IMG/VR virus record: IMGVR_UViG_3300030708_001600
Coordinates: 1-38,906 of that record
Strand: one strand, 5' to 3'
Length of the DNA stretch: 38,906 nt
Origin: a virus
Lineage: Duplodnaviria > Caudoviricetes
The first letter of the stretch is position 1, and every line of letters starts with the position of its first letter. The notes under the pieces were generated by a model, which was given only the letters and a program-made list of their open reading frames with translations, did no database searches and was not told the origin of the DNA. Positions 24,004 through 32,626 of the stretch are shown piece by piece. Made by a program: the position numbers and the translations under genes.

Positions 24004-26439
24004 ATGTCATTAAATCCAACCCTTGATAATCCGTCTTTCATGGGACACCAGGATTTCTCCTGGTGGCTCGGAACTGTTGTCAACGCAGATGATAAGGACG
24101 CTAAACTAGGGAGAGTCAAGGTAGAGATCTTTGGTTTTCATGCTAAAGATACACCACCATCAGACTTGCCCTGGTGCATGGTTATGCAACCAACTACTAA
24201 TCCAGCGGTAAGTGGGGTTGGAAACTCAGCAAATCAATTGAAGCCTGGTAGTTTAGTCATGGGATTTTTCCTTGACTACCCAGACTGTCAACAACCAGTT
24301 GTCATGGGAACTCTGTTCAGTGAAATCAAAAAGATTTACGAACCTGGAACTCAGGCAAACGCAGACACAATGAACTCTGGTTTGACGACTCAACCAGGCG
24401 GTGGAAACGATGCATCTACTTCACAACAACCTGCTGCATCTGCAGAAGCAAACGATGATCAAGCAGCAGAGACACCAGTAAGTACATCAACAACTGCTGC
24501 ATCATTACCACAATCCAGAACAAATCCATCAGGTCAGACTCAACCAAAGACTGTTGCTAACGGTAAAGATAGTGTTGCAAACACTGTAGCAAGAGAAATT
24601 CAAGCTTGTATTGATGACCTAGGAAATGTATTTAAGACTGCAAAGATCTATGATCCAAAAAATACTTCACTTACAAAAGATCTAGATTCTGAATCACAAT
24701 TTGTTCCTGTATCTAGAGCATCAACATTCCCACCAAGAGGAAAGGTAAAGATTGGTGGTGAGGTTATTGGTTACAACGGAACTAACTCCTATGGTCTAAC
24801 TCTCGTTAAGAGAGGTATGGAGAAGTCAAAGATTAAGTCACATAAAAAAGGAACTAAGGTTGAGTTTCTTAAGAAGACTGATTCTGCAAGAGAAATTGTA
24901 GGTAACTTTGTAGACACTCCTGTTGATCTACAAGCTGCAATGCAACATTGTTTCCATATTATCAGGAACCTAGTCTGGTATATCGTAAACCAGCTAAAGG
25001 CGTTCCTGATGGAACAGGTTACAGCAATCTTGAATGCAATTGGTCTTGCATCGGTCAGTCCAATTCCACTTTTTGTTAAGGGTGTAACTGAGATCATCCT
25101 ACAAGTTCTCCGCATGATCGGTTGCAGTCTCGATGGTGCTCTTGTAGATGCAATCATGGGTGGTATCGAGGGATTCATTGAAGCATTCATCGATGAGATT
25201 CTCAACAACCTCGCATCTCTTGCTGAAAACTTCATTAGATTTGCAGAGAACTGTGTCAATCAAATTTTTGGTTCTATTTTCCAACTCGTAGAAGTTGCAA
25301 ATGAAATCTTAAGTGTTATTGATAGTATTTCAGATATTATTGACACCGTTGGTAACATTGAATCTTTAACAAATCTATCTGATCTTGCTAGTATTGGTAA
25401 TATTGTTGGATTTATTCTTCAACTACTTGGAATTGGTTGTAACAGAGACACAGATTCTCCATACCAATTAGATTGGGAAACATGTGCCATCACCGCTAAT
25501 AATTGTAGTCCATTTAATTTTACTATTACCAGTCCAATTCCTGGACGATGGTCACCAGAATATTCAAAGATGTTTGTTCAATCATCTGAATCTGGCAGTA
25601 TGGTCTTAATGGATGACACTCCTGGATCTACTAGGATGATCCTTGAACATGGTCCTAGTAAGTCTGGTACACACATCTATGACAATGGTGACGTGAAAGT
25701 TACCACGACAGGTAATGGTACAGAAGTTACAATCAAAGATAAGAATGTTATTGTTAAAGGTAACGCTAACTTAGAAGTAGAAGGAGACTATCACTTGAAA
25801 GTAGGTGGCAACTATCACCTAGAAGTTCGTGGTCAAATGAATATGTTTGCAATTAGAGAAAGTAAATTTACATTCTCTGGTGAACATAAAACAATCTATA
25901 AAAATGATTCCGAATTATCTGCACATAATGGTTTAGCAATTGCTGGTTCTAAAGTTGGTATCTCTGCATCTGGTCAGTTTGATGCTATTGCACCTACAAT
26001 TACAAACCTCTGTACAGAACACAATACAGTAGCAACAGGATCTGTCAATATTTTCTCAACATTCTACAACAAATTCTGTTTGCTCAATTCTCTTGGATTA
26101 AATGGTCTAAGTGACACTAAATTTAATTTGGGATCTACCGCTCGAGCAGCACTGGGAGTAGAAACAGATCTAGTTGCTGGTGCTCAAACAAAACTTAAGG
26201 TTGCAGCAGAACAAAATGTTACTGTTGGTAGTGATACCAGATGTAAGATTGGTGCAGCATCTGAAACTGAAGTTGGTGCAAAAGCAGAGAACAATATATC
26301 TGCAAAAATCAGAAATGGATTAGGACTAAGTATGAAAAATGTTTTAGGTGCAGATTTCCAAAACTCTATTGGTTTATTCTCAAAAATTACTCCAGTTATT
26401 AACCTAGACGTTGCAGGAGCTATTAAGCTTACTTGCTAA
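24004..26439 (+). CDS. gp5: baseplate hub / spike protein gp5 (no T4-lysozyme domain recognised)
   Basis: OB fold WWLG.V...LGRVKV.I.G.H...LPW, V.GFFLD...QQPVVMG; SESG...DDTPG..R...H..SGT; V.G beta-helix repeats. Confidence 0.92.
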   Translation: MSLNPTLDNPSFMGHQDFSWWLGTVVNADDKDAKLGRVKVEIFGFHAKDTPPSDLPWCMVMQPTTNPAVSGVGNSANQLKPGSLVMGFFLDYPDCQQPVVMGTLFSEIKKIYEPGTQANADTMNSGLTTQPGGGNDASTSQQPAASAEANDDQAAETPVSTSTTAASLPQSRTNPSGQTQPKTVANGKDSVANTVAREIQACIDDLGNVFKTAKIYDPKNTSLTKDLDSESQFVPVSRASTFPPRGKVKIGGEVIGYNGTNSYGLTLVKRGMEKSKIKSHKKGTKVEFLKKTDSAREIVGNFVDTPVDLQAAMQHCFHIIRNLVWYIVNQLKAFLMEQVTAILNAIGLASVSPIPLFVKGVTEIILQVLRMIGCSLDGALVDAIMGGIEGFIEAFIDEILNNLASLAENFIRFAENCVNQIFGSIFQLVEVANEILSVIDSISDIIDTVGNIESLTNLSDLASIGNIVGFILQLLGIGCNRDTDSPYQLDWETCAITANNCSPFNFTITSPIPGRWSPEYSKMFVQSSESGSMVLMDDTPGSTRMILEHGPSKSGTHIYDNGDVKVTTTGNGTEVTIKDKNVIVKGNANLEVEGDYHLKVGGNYHLEVRGQMNMFAIRESKFTFSGEHKTIYKNDSELSAHNGLAIAGSKVGISASGQFDAIAPTITNLCTEHNTVATGSVNIFSTFYNKFCLLNSLGLNGLSDTKFNLGSTARAALGVETDLVAGAQTKLKVAAEQNVTVGSDTRCKIGAASETEVGAKAENNISAKIRNGLGLSMKNVLGADFQNSIGLFSKITPVINLDVAGAIKLTC

Positions 26440-26466
26440 TTAGTTTTTCTGAACCTTGGCAGAGTT

Positions 26467-26495
26467 ATTATAGTCAGAATTAGCTGTTGTGTCAA
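26467..26495 (-). promoter_or_regulatory. sigma70-type promoter antisense to gp5
   Basis: Minus strand TTGACA-N17-TATAAT exact consensus. Confidence 0.75.
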
Positions 26496-26497
26496 GC

Positions 26498-26526
26498 TTG
26501 ACAAGCAGTGATTACGGTGTTATAGT
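26498..26526 (+). promoter_or_regulatory. sigma70-type promoter
   Basis: TTGACA-N17-TATAGT with TG extension. Confidence 0.75.
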
Positions 26527-26540
26527 AGAGAGGTAATCAA

Positions 26541-26744
26541 ATGAGACGTATGAACATTACGGACATTCCTGCAGACACTCAACTCGCTGGTGTCAAGATC
26601 AACATCCTCAACCGCACTATTCATCTCTTTGGAGATGGTGGAGAAGAACTTCAACTGATTGAAGCAAGTGCAAGTGACTTCACTGCCATGTGCAGCTTTG
26701 TTAATGAAACATTGACTGAAGAAATGATCGAGTACGTTTACTGA
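26541..26744 (+). CDS. hypothetical protein
   Basis: GAGG RBS; 67 aa. Confidence 0.75.
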   Translation: MRRMNITDIPADTQLAGVKINILNRTIHLFGDGGEELQLIEASASDFTAMCSFVNETLTEEMIEYVY

Positions 26745-26817
26745 GGCGAAAAACCGGCCTCAGTTACCAAAAACGTCGGAAAAAAATTCTGGGCCAAAAT
26801 TGACTGTGGCCCTTTTT

Positions 26818-26902
26818 GGGACGGTGGTGGAATTGGTAGACACACCAGACTTAAAATCTGTCGATCATTGTGATCGTGAGGGTTCAAGTCCCTCTCGTCC
26901 TA
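26818..26902 (+). tRNA. tRNA-Leu(TAA)
   Basis: Acceptor GGGACGG/TCGTCCT, anticodon loop CTTAAAA, variable arm CGATCA/TGATCG, no intron. Confidence 0.96.
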
Positions 26903-26905
26903 CTA

Positions 26906-26913
26906 TATAAATA
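26906..26913 (+). promoter_or_regulatory. T4-type late promoter
   Basis: TATAAATA. Confidence 0.75.
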
Positions 26914-26938
26914 ACTCAAGATTCTTTTTGACTATAAA

Positions 26939-27295
26939 ATGAGCGAATTAAATGATTTACCATCGGGTTTGACCTTTGGATTGACTTTGGAACAAGAAGA
27001 TCAACTTAGTAAGTGGTTGGATGAGCAAAATAAGATTATTGTTGAGGAGCAACTAAAATCTGAAGAATTTACAGAAACTCAAAAAGAGATTCAAAAGAAA
27101 TCTTTGGATATGGGTTCTCCAATCCCAATTTATGATATGAATGTAGGATACTTTAGTATTAGTTTTACTCCTACTGGATGGGGTAATCGAGTTTACGTTC
27201 ATAATCATTTTACAGGTAAATCTTATAAACTATTTGATCATGACGACTTCCAGAAGCAAATGGAAGAAGCCACTAATGAAACCGAAAAGGTATAA
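26939..27295 (+). CDS. hypothetical protein
   Basis: 118-aa ORF with SFTPTG.G motif. Confidence 0.8.
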   Translation: MSELNDLPSGLTFGLTLEQEDQLSKWLDEQNKIIVEEQLKSEEFTETQKEIQKKSLDMGSPIPIYDMNVGYFSISFTPTGWGNRVYVHNHFTGKSYKLFDHDDFQKQMEEATNETEKV

Positions 27296-27298
27296 ATA
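27291..27298 (+). promoter_or_regulatory. T4-type late promoter
   Basis: TATAAATA. Confidence 0.8.
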
Positions 27299-27340
27299 GT
27301 TTTGATTAGAAAAACGCTAAAATAACGGGCTCTTTCAAAC

Positions 27341-30300
27341 ATGGCGCTAACTCAAGTAACAACTCGCGGTATCTCCAAAGGCGTTGAAATTGTCCTGTCG
27401 CAAGGCCTGACTGGCGACCCTTCTCTTTCGTTCTCTGCGGATGAAGATACTGGTCTGTATAGCTCTGCGGCAGGTTACATTGATTTCACATCCAATGGAA
27501 CGACCGTATTAAGCATTGGTCCAGATGGACTTAATTTCCCATCGGGAGCAGCGACTCCATTCTTATTCAATGGTAGTCCAATTGTCACATTCAACTCTGG
27601 TAGTTTGAATGTCGCTAACGGAAAACAACTTATCGTACCACAGGGTGCTGTTTCTGCTCCCTCCATCGCCTATGAAGGTGATACTGATACTGGTGTATTC
27701 AGTTCTGGTGATGGTCAAATCGACTTCGTTTCAAACGGCGCTGTAAAACTTTCTGTTAATTCATCTGGTCTTGTTCTTCCTACTGGATCGACTGGATCTT
27801 CGATTAACATCACAAACAGTCTCAGAAATATCTACGTTAGTGCGAATGATACCCTCGCAACTGACTCACTGACTAATAACGGACGTAGTATGAACCGTCC
27901 GTTCAAAACCATTGAAAGAGCTATTCTTGAAGCAGCAGTTCAATCCTGGCAAAATGGTCCTGGTGACGAAGCAGGTGAATATGGTGCTGACCTATTTGAA
28001 TTCTTCACGATTATCGTATTCCCTGGTGAGTACACTATTGATAACCGTCCTGGTGACGCAACTAACGCAAACGTACTAGTAAAAACTAGTTACACTGATG
28101 CGACCCTGATGGAGAACATCTATAAGATGAACGCCGTCAGCGGTGGTGTTATCGTTCCCCGTGGTACTTCGATTGTTGGTCTTGACCTCAGAAAGACTAT
28201 CTTCCGTCCTAAGTACGTTCCTTCTCCTGTTGATAACTCCGCAGGAAATACTGCTCTGTTCCGTGTAACTGGTGGTTGTTACTTCTGGCAGTTCACTGTT
28301 AAGGATACTAATCTCGGAAATAACACTTATAAGAGTGCAACTGCGACATATACTGGTTCTGGTGCGGATGTTATGCCCGCATCTCACCACAAAGTTACCG
28401 TATTTGAGTACGCAAGTTACCCAGATCTGAGTACTTATTACTCTAAGATTGATAAGTTCAGTGTTCTTGACGATATTGTACTTCAAGGTAATAGATACGG
28501 TGACGCAAGAGATCTTCTCGAAGCAAACAAAAACTTCATTGCTGAAGTTGCTGTAAGTAGAATGCTTACTAACTTCCCATCATTCAGTGTTCCTGGTGGT
28601 AGAGTTAACTGTGAAGATGATATTAGAGACGTTGTTGAAGCAGTTGCTTACAACGTTGCATATGGTGCAAACAATAAAGTTCATGATGCTGCAAACCTCT
28701 ATGTAAATGGTGGTGCATTACAACACTTAGTTGGTGAAGAAACAGAATCTATTTACGCTTTCAACCAAGCAAGAAACATTGCACTGGAAGTTATTAATAA
28801 CGTAAGTGTTACTGTTCAGACTGGTGATACTGCACTGACACAGGTTAAGGATCTAACGATTACTGCAGACGCTGCAACTGGTTCTAACACTGATCCAGCA
28901 TCTTGTGCAAACGTAAAATCCGCGATTACAACTCTATTCGCTATTATTACTGACACCATTGCTACTCCATCGAGTCTTGCTGGTGTAACAAAAACATCTC
29001 CTGCTGTTGCTCCTTCTTCTGAAGACTATATTCAGAGAATCGAAGAAAACAGAATCGTTGGTTCTCTTGCACAAGCAACCACTGCTGATACAGTTGGTTC
29101 TGCATCTCCTTATATCTTCAACGTATCTCTCCGTTCTGTCTTTGGTATGAACGGTCTCCACGCTGATGGTTCTCGTGCAACTGGATTCAAGTCGATGGTT
29201 CTTGCCCAGTACACTGGTATTGGTCTACAGAAAGATAACCGCGCCTTTGTTGGTTCTAACACTGCTCAAGGTGTTGTACAGACAAACGCAGAAGGTAATG
29301 AATACAGAGTTGATCCAGATTCTGTCTACAGAGATGACTGGAGACACTTCCACATCAAGGCATCCAATGATGGATTCCTACAGGTAGTTTCGGTCTTCGC
29401 TGTTGGTAACGCAGATCACTTCCTCGCTGAGTCTGGTGGTGACATGTCTATCACCAACTCAAACTCTAACTTCGGTAACGTTGCTCTGAAGTCTGTTTCT
29501 CACCGTCCTACTGCATTTAATCAAGATGCAGGTGGTTTCATTATCGGTGTTGCTCCACCAAGAGGTATTGATTCTACTAAAGATAATCTCGTCAGTATGG
29601 CTGAGATTGACATTGGTCACACTGTATCTGCATACAACGCTCTTTCTAACGCTAATAAGGGTAACTTTAGAAGAATCTATATTAAGATCGGTGGTAAAGA
29701 AGAAATCAAAGAAACTGATATTCCAGAATTCTACACCACAAATAGTGGTGGTACAATCACTAAGGCAGAACTTCTAGTAAGTGGTCTTGACTATAACCTT
29801 GGTAAGAGAAATTATTCTGACTCTTCCCCAGAAGCTGTTTATGCATTCTTACCTGCTACTCCAACTGACGCTACATCCAAACTCTTTGGTGCAAGACTGA
29901 GACCAAGAAATGCTTCTATTGACCCTGCGGTAACTCAAAATAGTGTTTCTACAAAGAATGATGTTCGTTCTTTCTACGCTTGGGAATATTCTCAAACTGT
30001 AAATGGTGAGGATCTGGGTCGTGTATGTTTGTTGGTTGATGATCAACGTGCCGCTGGTTCTTCTACTATCACTGGTATTCCTCAAACATTCAGTGTTACT
30101 GCAAATGGTACTAACCAGTACAATGATATCCTGACAACTACTACAGTTCTTGTAGATGCTAAGTTGTCTAACGCTTCTGGTACTGATGTTGCTGCAACAA
30201 CACAATCTTCTCCAATCAAGGTGAACGTAACTGTTGATGGAGGTACTAAACAGATTACTTCTGTTACCATTTACAACCCAAATAATAACAACCTTCAAGC

Positions 30301-32611
30301 TGGTTCTGGTTTTGCCGTTGGCAATAATCTCAGACTGGTTGATGGTGTTGGTACTGCACTTGGAACCAGAACTGGTAGTGGTCCTGTTGTTATTACTGTT
30401 GGTACGATTACATCTGAAACTGGTGTTTCGTTCGCTGCTGGTAACATCAAACCCGCTGGTTACATTCCATTCTCCTCCATTGGTACTAGATACTATCCAT
30501 TCGACACTGATTCTGCACTAACTGCACAACCAAGTACTGACTATCTGTCTCTTCTCAGAAGACTCACACAGAGAGTTGATACTAACGGTGACAACCAAAC
30601 CTCTGATGGTGGTGCTGACCTATTTGAATTTAGTGCAAACACCTCTGCAAATATCTACATCAAACGTATTAGTGATGATAGATCCAACTTTGGTAACGGT
30701 GAACTACTCTGGAGAGCAATCTATAAGATGCCAAAAGGTACATCTGGTTCTCAGGAACTCAGACCACCTGAAGCAAGATTCACTCTACAACTTAGAGATA
30801 ATGCTGCTACATATCCATTCACATATGATGGATCTAATAACTTCCCTAAATCTTACTACATCTATAAGGTAGAACCACTGATTGAGTACAAGTATACTCA
30901 AAGAGATGGTTACTATCTGCTAACGATGTTGGATGGTAACGTATACGTTAAGGATGATGGTGCTGGTAATACCAGTAACTTCGGTAACACCATTCAATAT
31001 GGTGTACAGACAACATCTGGTTCTGGATACACTGTTGCTGATACCACAGTCACTGGTTTCGGTATTCCTCAGAACATCAACTATCTCTATCCTGAAGTTG
31101 ACCTGGATAATCCTAAGTGGAACCCACGTCCTTCTACTTCTAGATATAGAAATGATGTTGGTAATACTCTACCGATTGATACAAACCTTGCAACTCATGG
31201 TTACGACAGAATTACTCAATACTCGATTAGTTCTGAAGGTATGAGAGGATTCTTGAATAATGTTCTTGGTGGTGGATCGATTACAGCAAACCTTTCAAAT
31301 GAACTGAATCTAACTACTTACTTCGGTGCATCTAGTGTTACTGAAACTAAGATGATCGAACCTTATTCTGCCGCGGGTGATAACTCTTACGGTAAGAACA
31401 AGTCAGTTGTTACTGAGTTTGTTAATGACGTTCCAACTTTCAGTGATCGTTGCATTATGTTTGGTTCTAACGTAACCACTAGTGCAACTGCTGGTACTCC
31501 AGTCAACCTACACAGACCTTCTATTCTTCGTGCCTCTGGTCACACTTGGGAATATGTTGGTTATGGTCCTGGTAACTACTCAACTGGTCTACCAAGATTC
31601 CAGACTAAGGTTCTCTCCCTCCAACAGCAAGTTAACGCACAACAGATTGAATCCTCTGGTGGTTTCGTCGCTTCCTCTGGTACAAACTCCAACGGTGATT
31701 TCTTCATCGGTAACCAGATCATCGACACCAAAGGTAATCAGTCCAGTACTCTTAACTTCCCTAAAGTCAAGACATCTGCTGATAACAAACTGATTGACTT
31801 TGACGATATCGGTTCTCTATCTTCCAACTCCTCTGCTTCGTCCTTCAACCCATCTTCGTTCAGTGCAACTCTGACCGAATCTCTTGCAAGTCTCCAACAA
31901 GCACAACAAAACAGCTTCAAGACTGCAAACCTGGAAGCAACTGCTGCAACAATTGGTACACTTAAGATTCAATCCAAGATTGAGATTGCATCTTCTGTAT
32001 TCCAGACCAGTGGTAACTACCCTGCTGCATCTCAAACCAACATTGGTTTCACACAGAGAGCACAACAGGATTGGTTCAACCTCAGTAAGACTTCTGCAGA
32101 CTGGACCGCACAATCAGATAGATTTATTTCTCCTAAGGACCTTGACGATTGGGCAAACAAAAATGCCTTCATCACCACAGTTCCTGCTGATTGGCCTCTT
32201 GCCCTTAATGACATCCCTGCTGCTGCAACTTTCACGGTTAACAATGCAGGTAATGTATCAGACGTTGCATCTCTGCAACTGTCTTCTAACTTTAATATGA
32301 TTCCTCTGGGAAGTATTACTGATCCAAGATGGTATGATTCTACTTCAACTGTTACAAAACTAGTTCTTGGTTCTATCTCCAACATCTCTGATTACAATGG
32401 TAGAAGTGGTAACATTTATGTCACCTATCCAAGTGAAGTCAAACTTGGTTCCATCTTACCAGAAAACGTTTGGGAACCAGTAGATCTAAACTGGAGAAGT
32501 ATCGATGATACGACAGGTGCTCCAGTTACATACCTCAAGGGTACTCAGTTCTTGATCACCTACTATATAAGTGGAGGCAAGATGATTTACGTTACTAACG
32601 TTATTAACTGA
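27341..32611 (+). CDS. large virion structural / tail-fibre protein (1756 aa)
   Basis: PS..F..D.DTG repeats, RPFKTIERA, GGVI.PRGTSIVG.DLRKT, SPYIFN.SLRSV.GMNG, RPSILRASGHTWEY.GYGPGNYSTG.P motifs of cyanophage structural proteins. Confidence 0.88.
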   Translation: MALTQVTTRGISKGVEIVLSQGLTGDPSLSFSADEDTGLYSSAAGYIDFTSNGTTVLSIGPDGLNFPSGAATPFLFNGSPIVTFNSGSLNVANGKQLIVPQGAVSAPSIAYEGDTDTGVFSSGDGQIDFVSNGAVKLSVNSSGLVLPTGSTGSSINITNSLRNIYVSANDTLATDSLTNNGRSMNRPFKTIERAILEAAVQSWQNGPGDEAGEYGADLFEFFTIIVFPGEYTIDNRPGDATNANVLVKTSYTDATLMENIYKMNAVSGGVIVPRGTSIVGLDLRKTIFRPKYVPSPVDNSAGNTALFRVTGGCYFWQFTVKDTNLGNNTYKSATATYTGSGADVMPASHHKVTVFEYASYPDLSTYYSKIDKFSVLDDIVLQGNRYGDARDLLEANKNFIAEVAVSRMLTNFPSFSVPGGRVNCEDDIRDVVEAVAYNVAYGANNKVHDAANLYVNGGALQHLVGEETESIYAFNQARNIALEVINNVSVTVQTGDTALTQVKDLTITADAATGSNTDPASCANVKSAITTLFAIITDTIATPSSLAGVTKTSPAVAPSSEDYIQRIEENRIVGSLAQATTADTVGSASPYIFNVSLRSVFGMNGLHADGSRATGFKSMVLAQYTGIGLQKDNRAFVGSNTAQGVVQTNAEGNEYRVDPDSVYRDDWRHFHIKASNDGFLQVVSVFAVGNADHFLAESGGDMSITNSNSNFGNVALKSVSHRPTAFNQDAGGFIIGVAPPRGIDSTKDNLVSMAEIDIGHTVSAYNALSNANKGNFRRIYIKIGGKEEIKETDIPEFYTTNSGGTITKAELLVSGLDYNLGKRNYSDSSPEAVYAFLPATPTDATSKLFGARLRPRNASIDPAVTQNSVSTKNDVRSFYAWEYSQTVNGEDLGRVCLLVDDQRAAGSSTITGIPQTFSVTANGTNQYNDILTTTTVLVDAKLSNASGTDVAATTQSSPIKVNVTVDGGTKQITSVTIYNPNNNNLQAGSGFAVGNNLRLVDGVGTALGTRTGSGPVVITVGTITSETGVSFAAGNIKPAGYIPFSSIGTRYYPFDTDSALTAQPSTDYLSLLRRLTQRVDTNGDNQTSDGGADLFEFSANTSANIYIKRISDDRSNFGNGELLWRAIYKMPKGTSGSQELRPPEARFTLQLRDNAATYPFTYDGSNNFPKSYYIYKVEPLIEYKYTQRDGYYLLTMLDGNVYVKDDGAGNTSNFGNTIQYGVQTTSGSGYTVADTTVTGFGIPQNINYLYPEVDLDNPKWNPRPSTSRYRNDVGNTLPIDTNLATHGYDRITQYSISSEGMRGFLNNVLGGGSITANLSNELNLTTYFGASSVTETKMIEPYSAAGDNSYGKNKSVVTEFVNDVPTFSDRCIMFGSNVTTSATAGTPVNLHRPSILRASGHTWEYVGYGPGNYSTGLPRFQTKVLSLQQQVNAQQIESSGGFVASSGTNSNGDFFIGNQIIDTKGNQSSTLNFPKVKTSADNKLIDFDDIGSLSSNSSASSFNPSSFSATLTESLASLQQAQQNSFKTANLEATAATIGTLKIQSKIEIASSVFQTSGNYPAASQTNIGFTQRAQQDWFNLSKTSADWTAQSDRFISPKDLDDWANKNAFITTVPADWPLALNDIPAAATFTVNNAGNVSDVASLQLSSNFNMIPLGSITDPRWYDSTSTVTKLVLGSISNISDYNGRSGNIYVTYPSEVKLGSILPENVWEPVDLNWRSIDDTTGAPVTYLKGTQFLITYYISGGKMIYVTNVIN

Positions 32612-32626
32612 TAGAGGTATCAACGA

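Noticed and set aside
26818-26902. Group I intron in tRNA-Leu(UAA)
   Set aside because: The anticodon loop is contiguous; no insertion.
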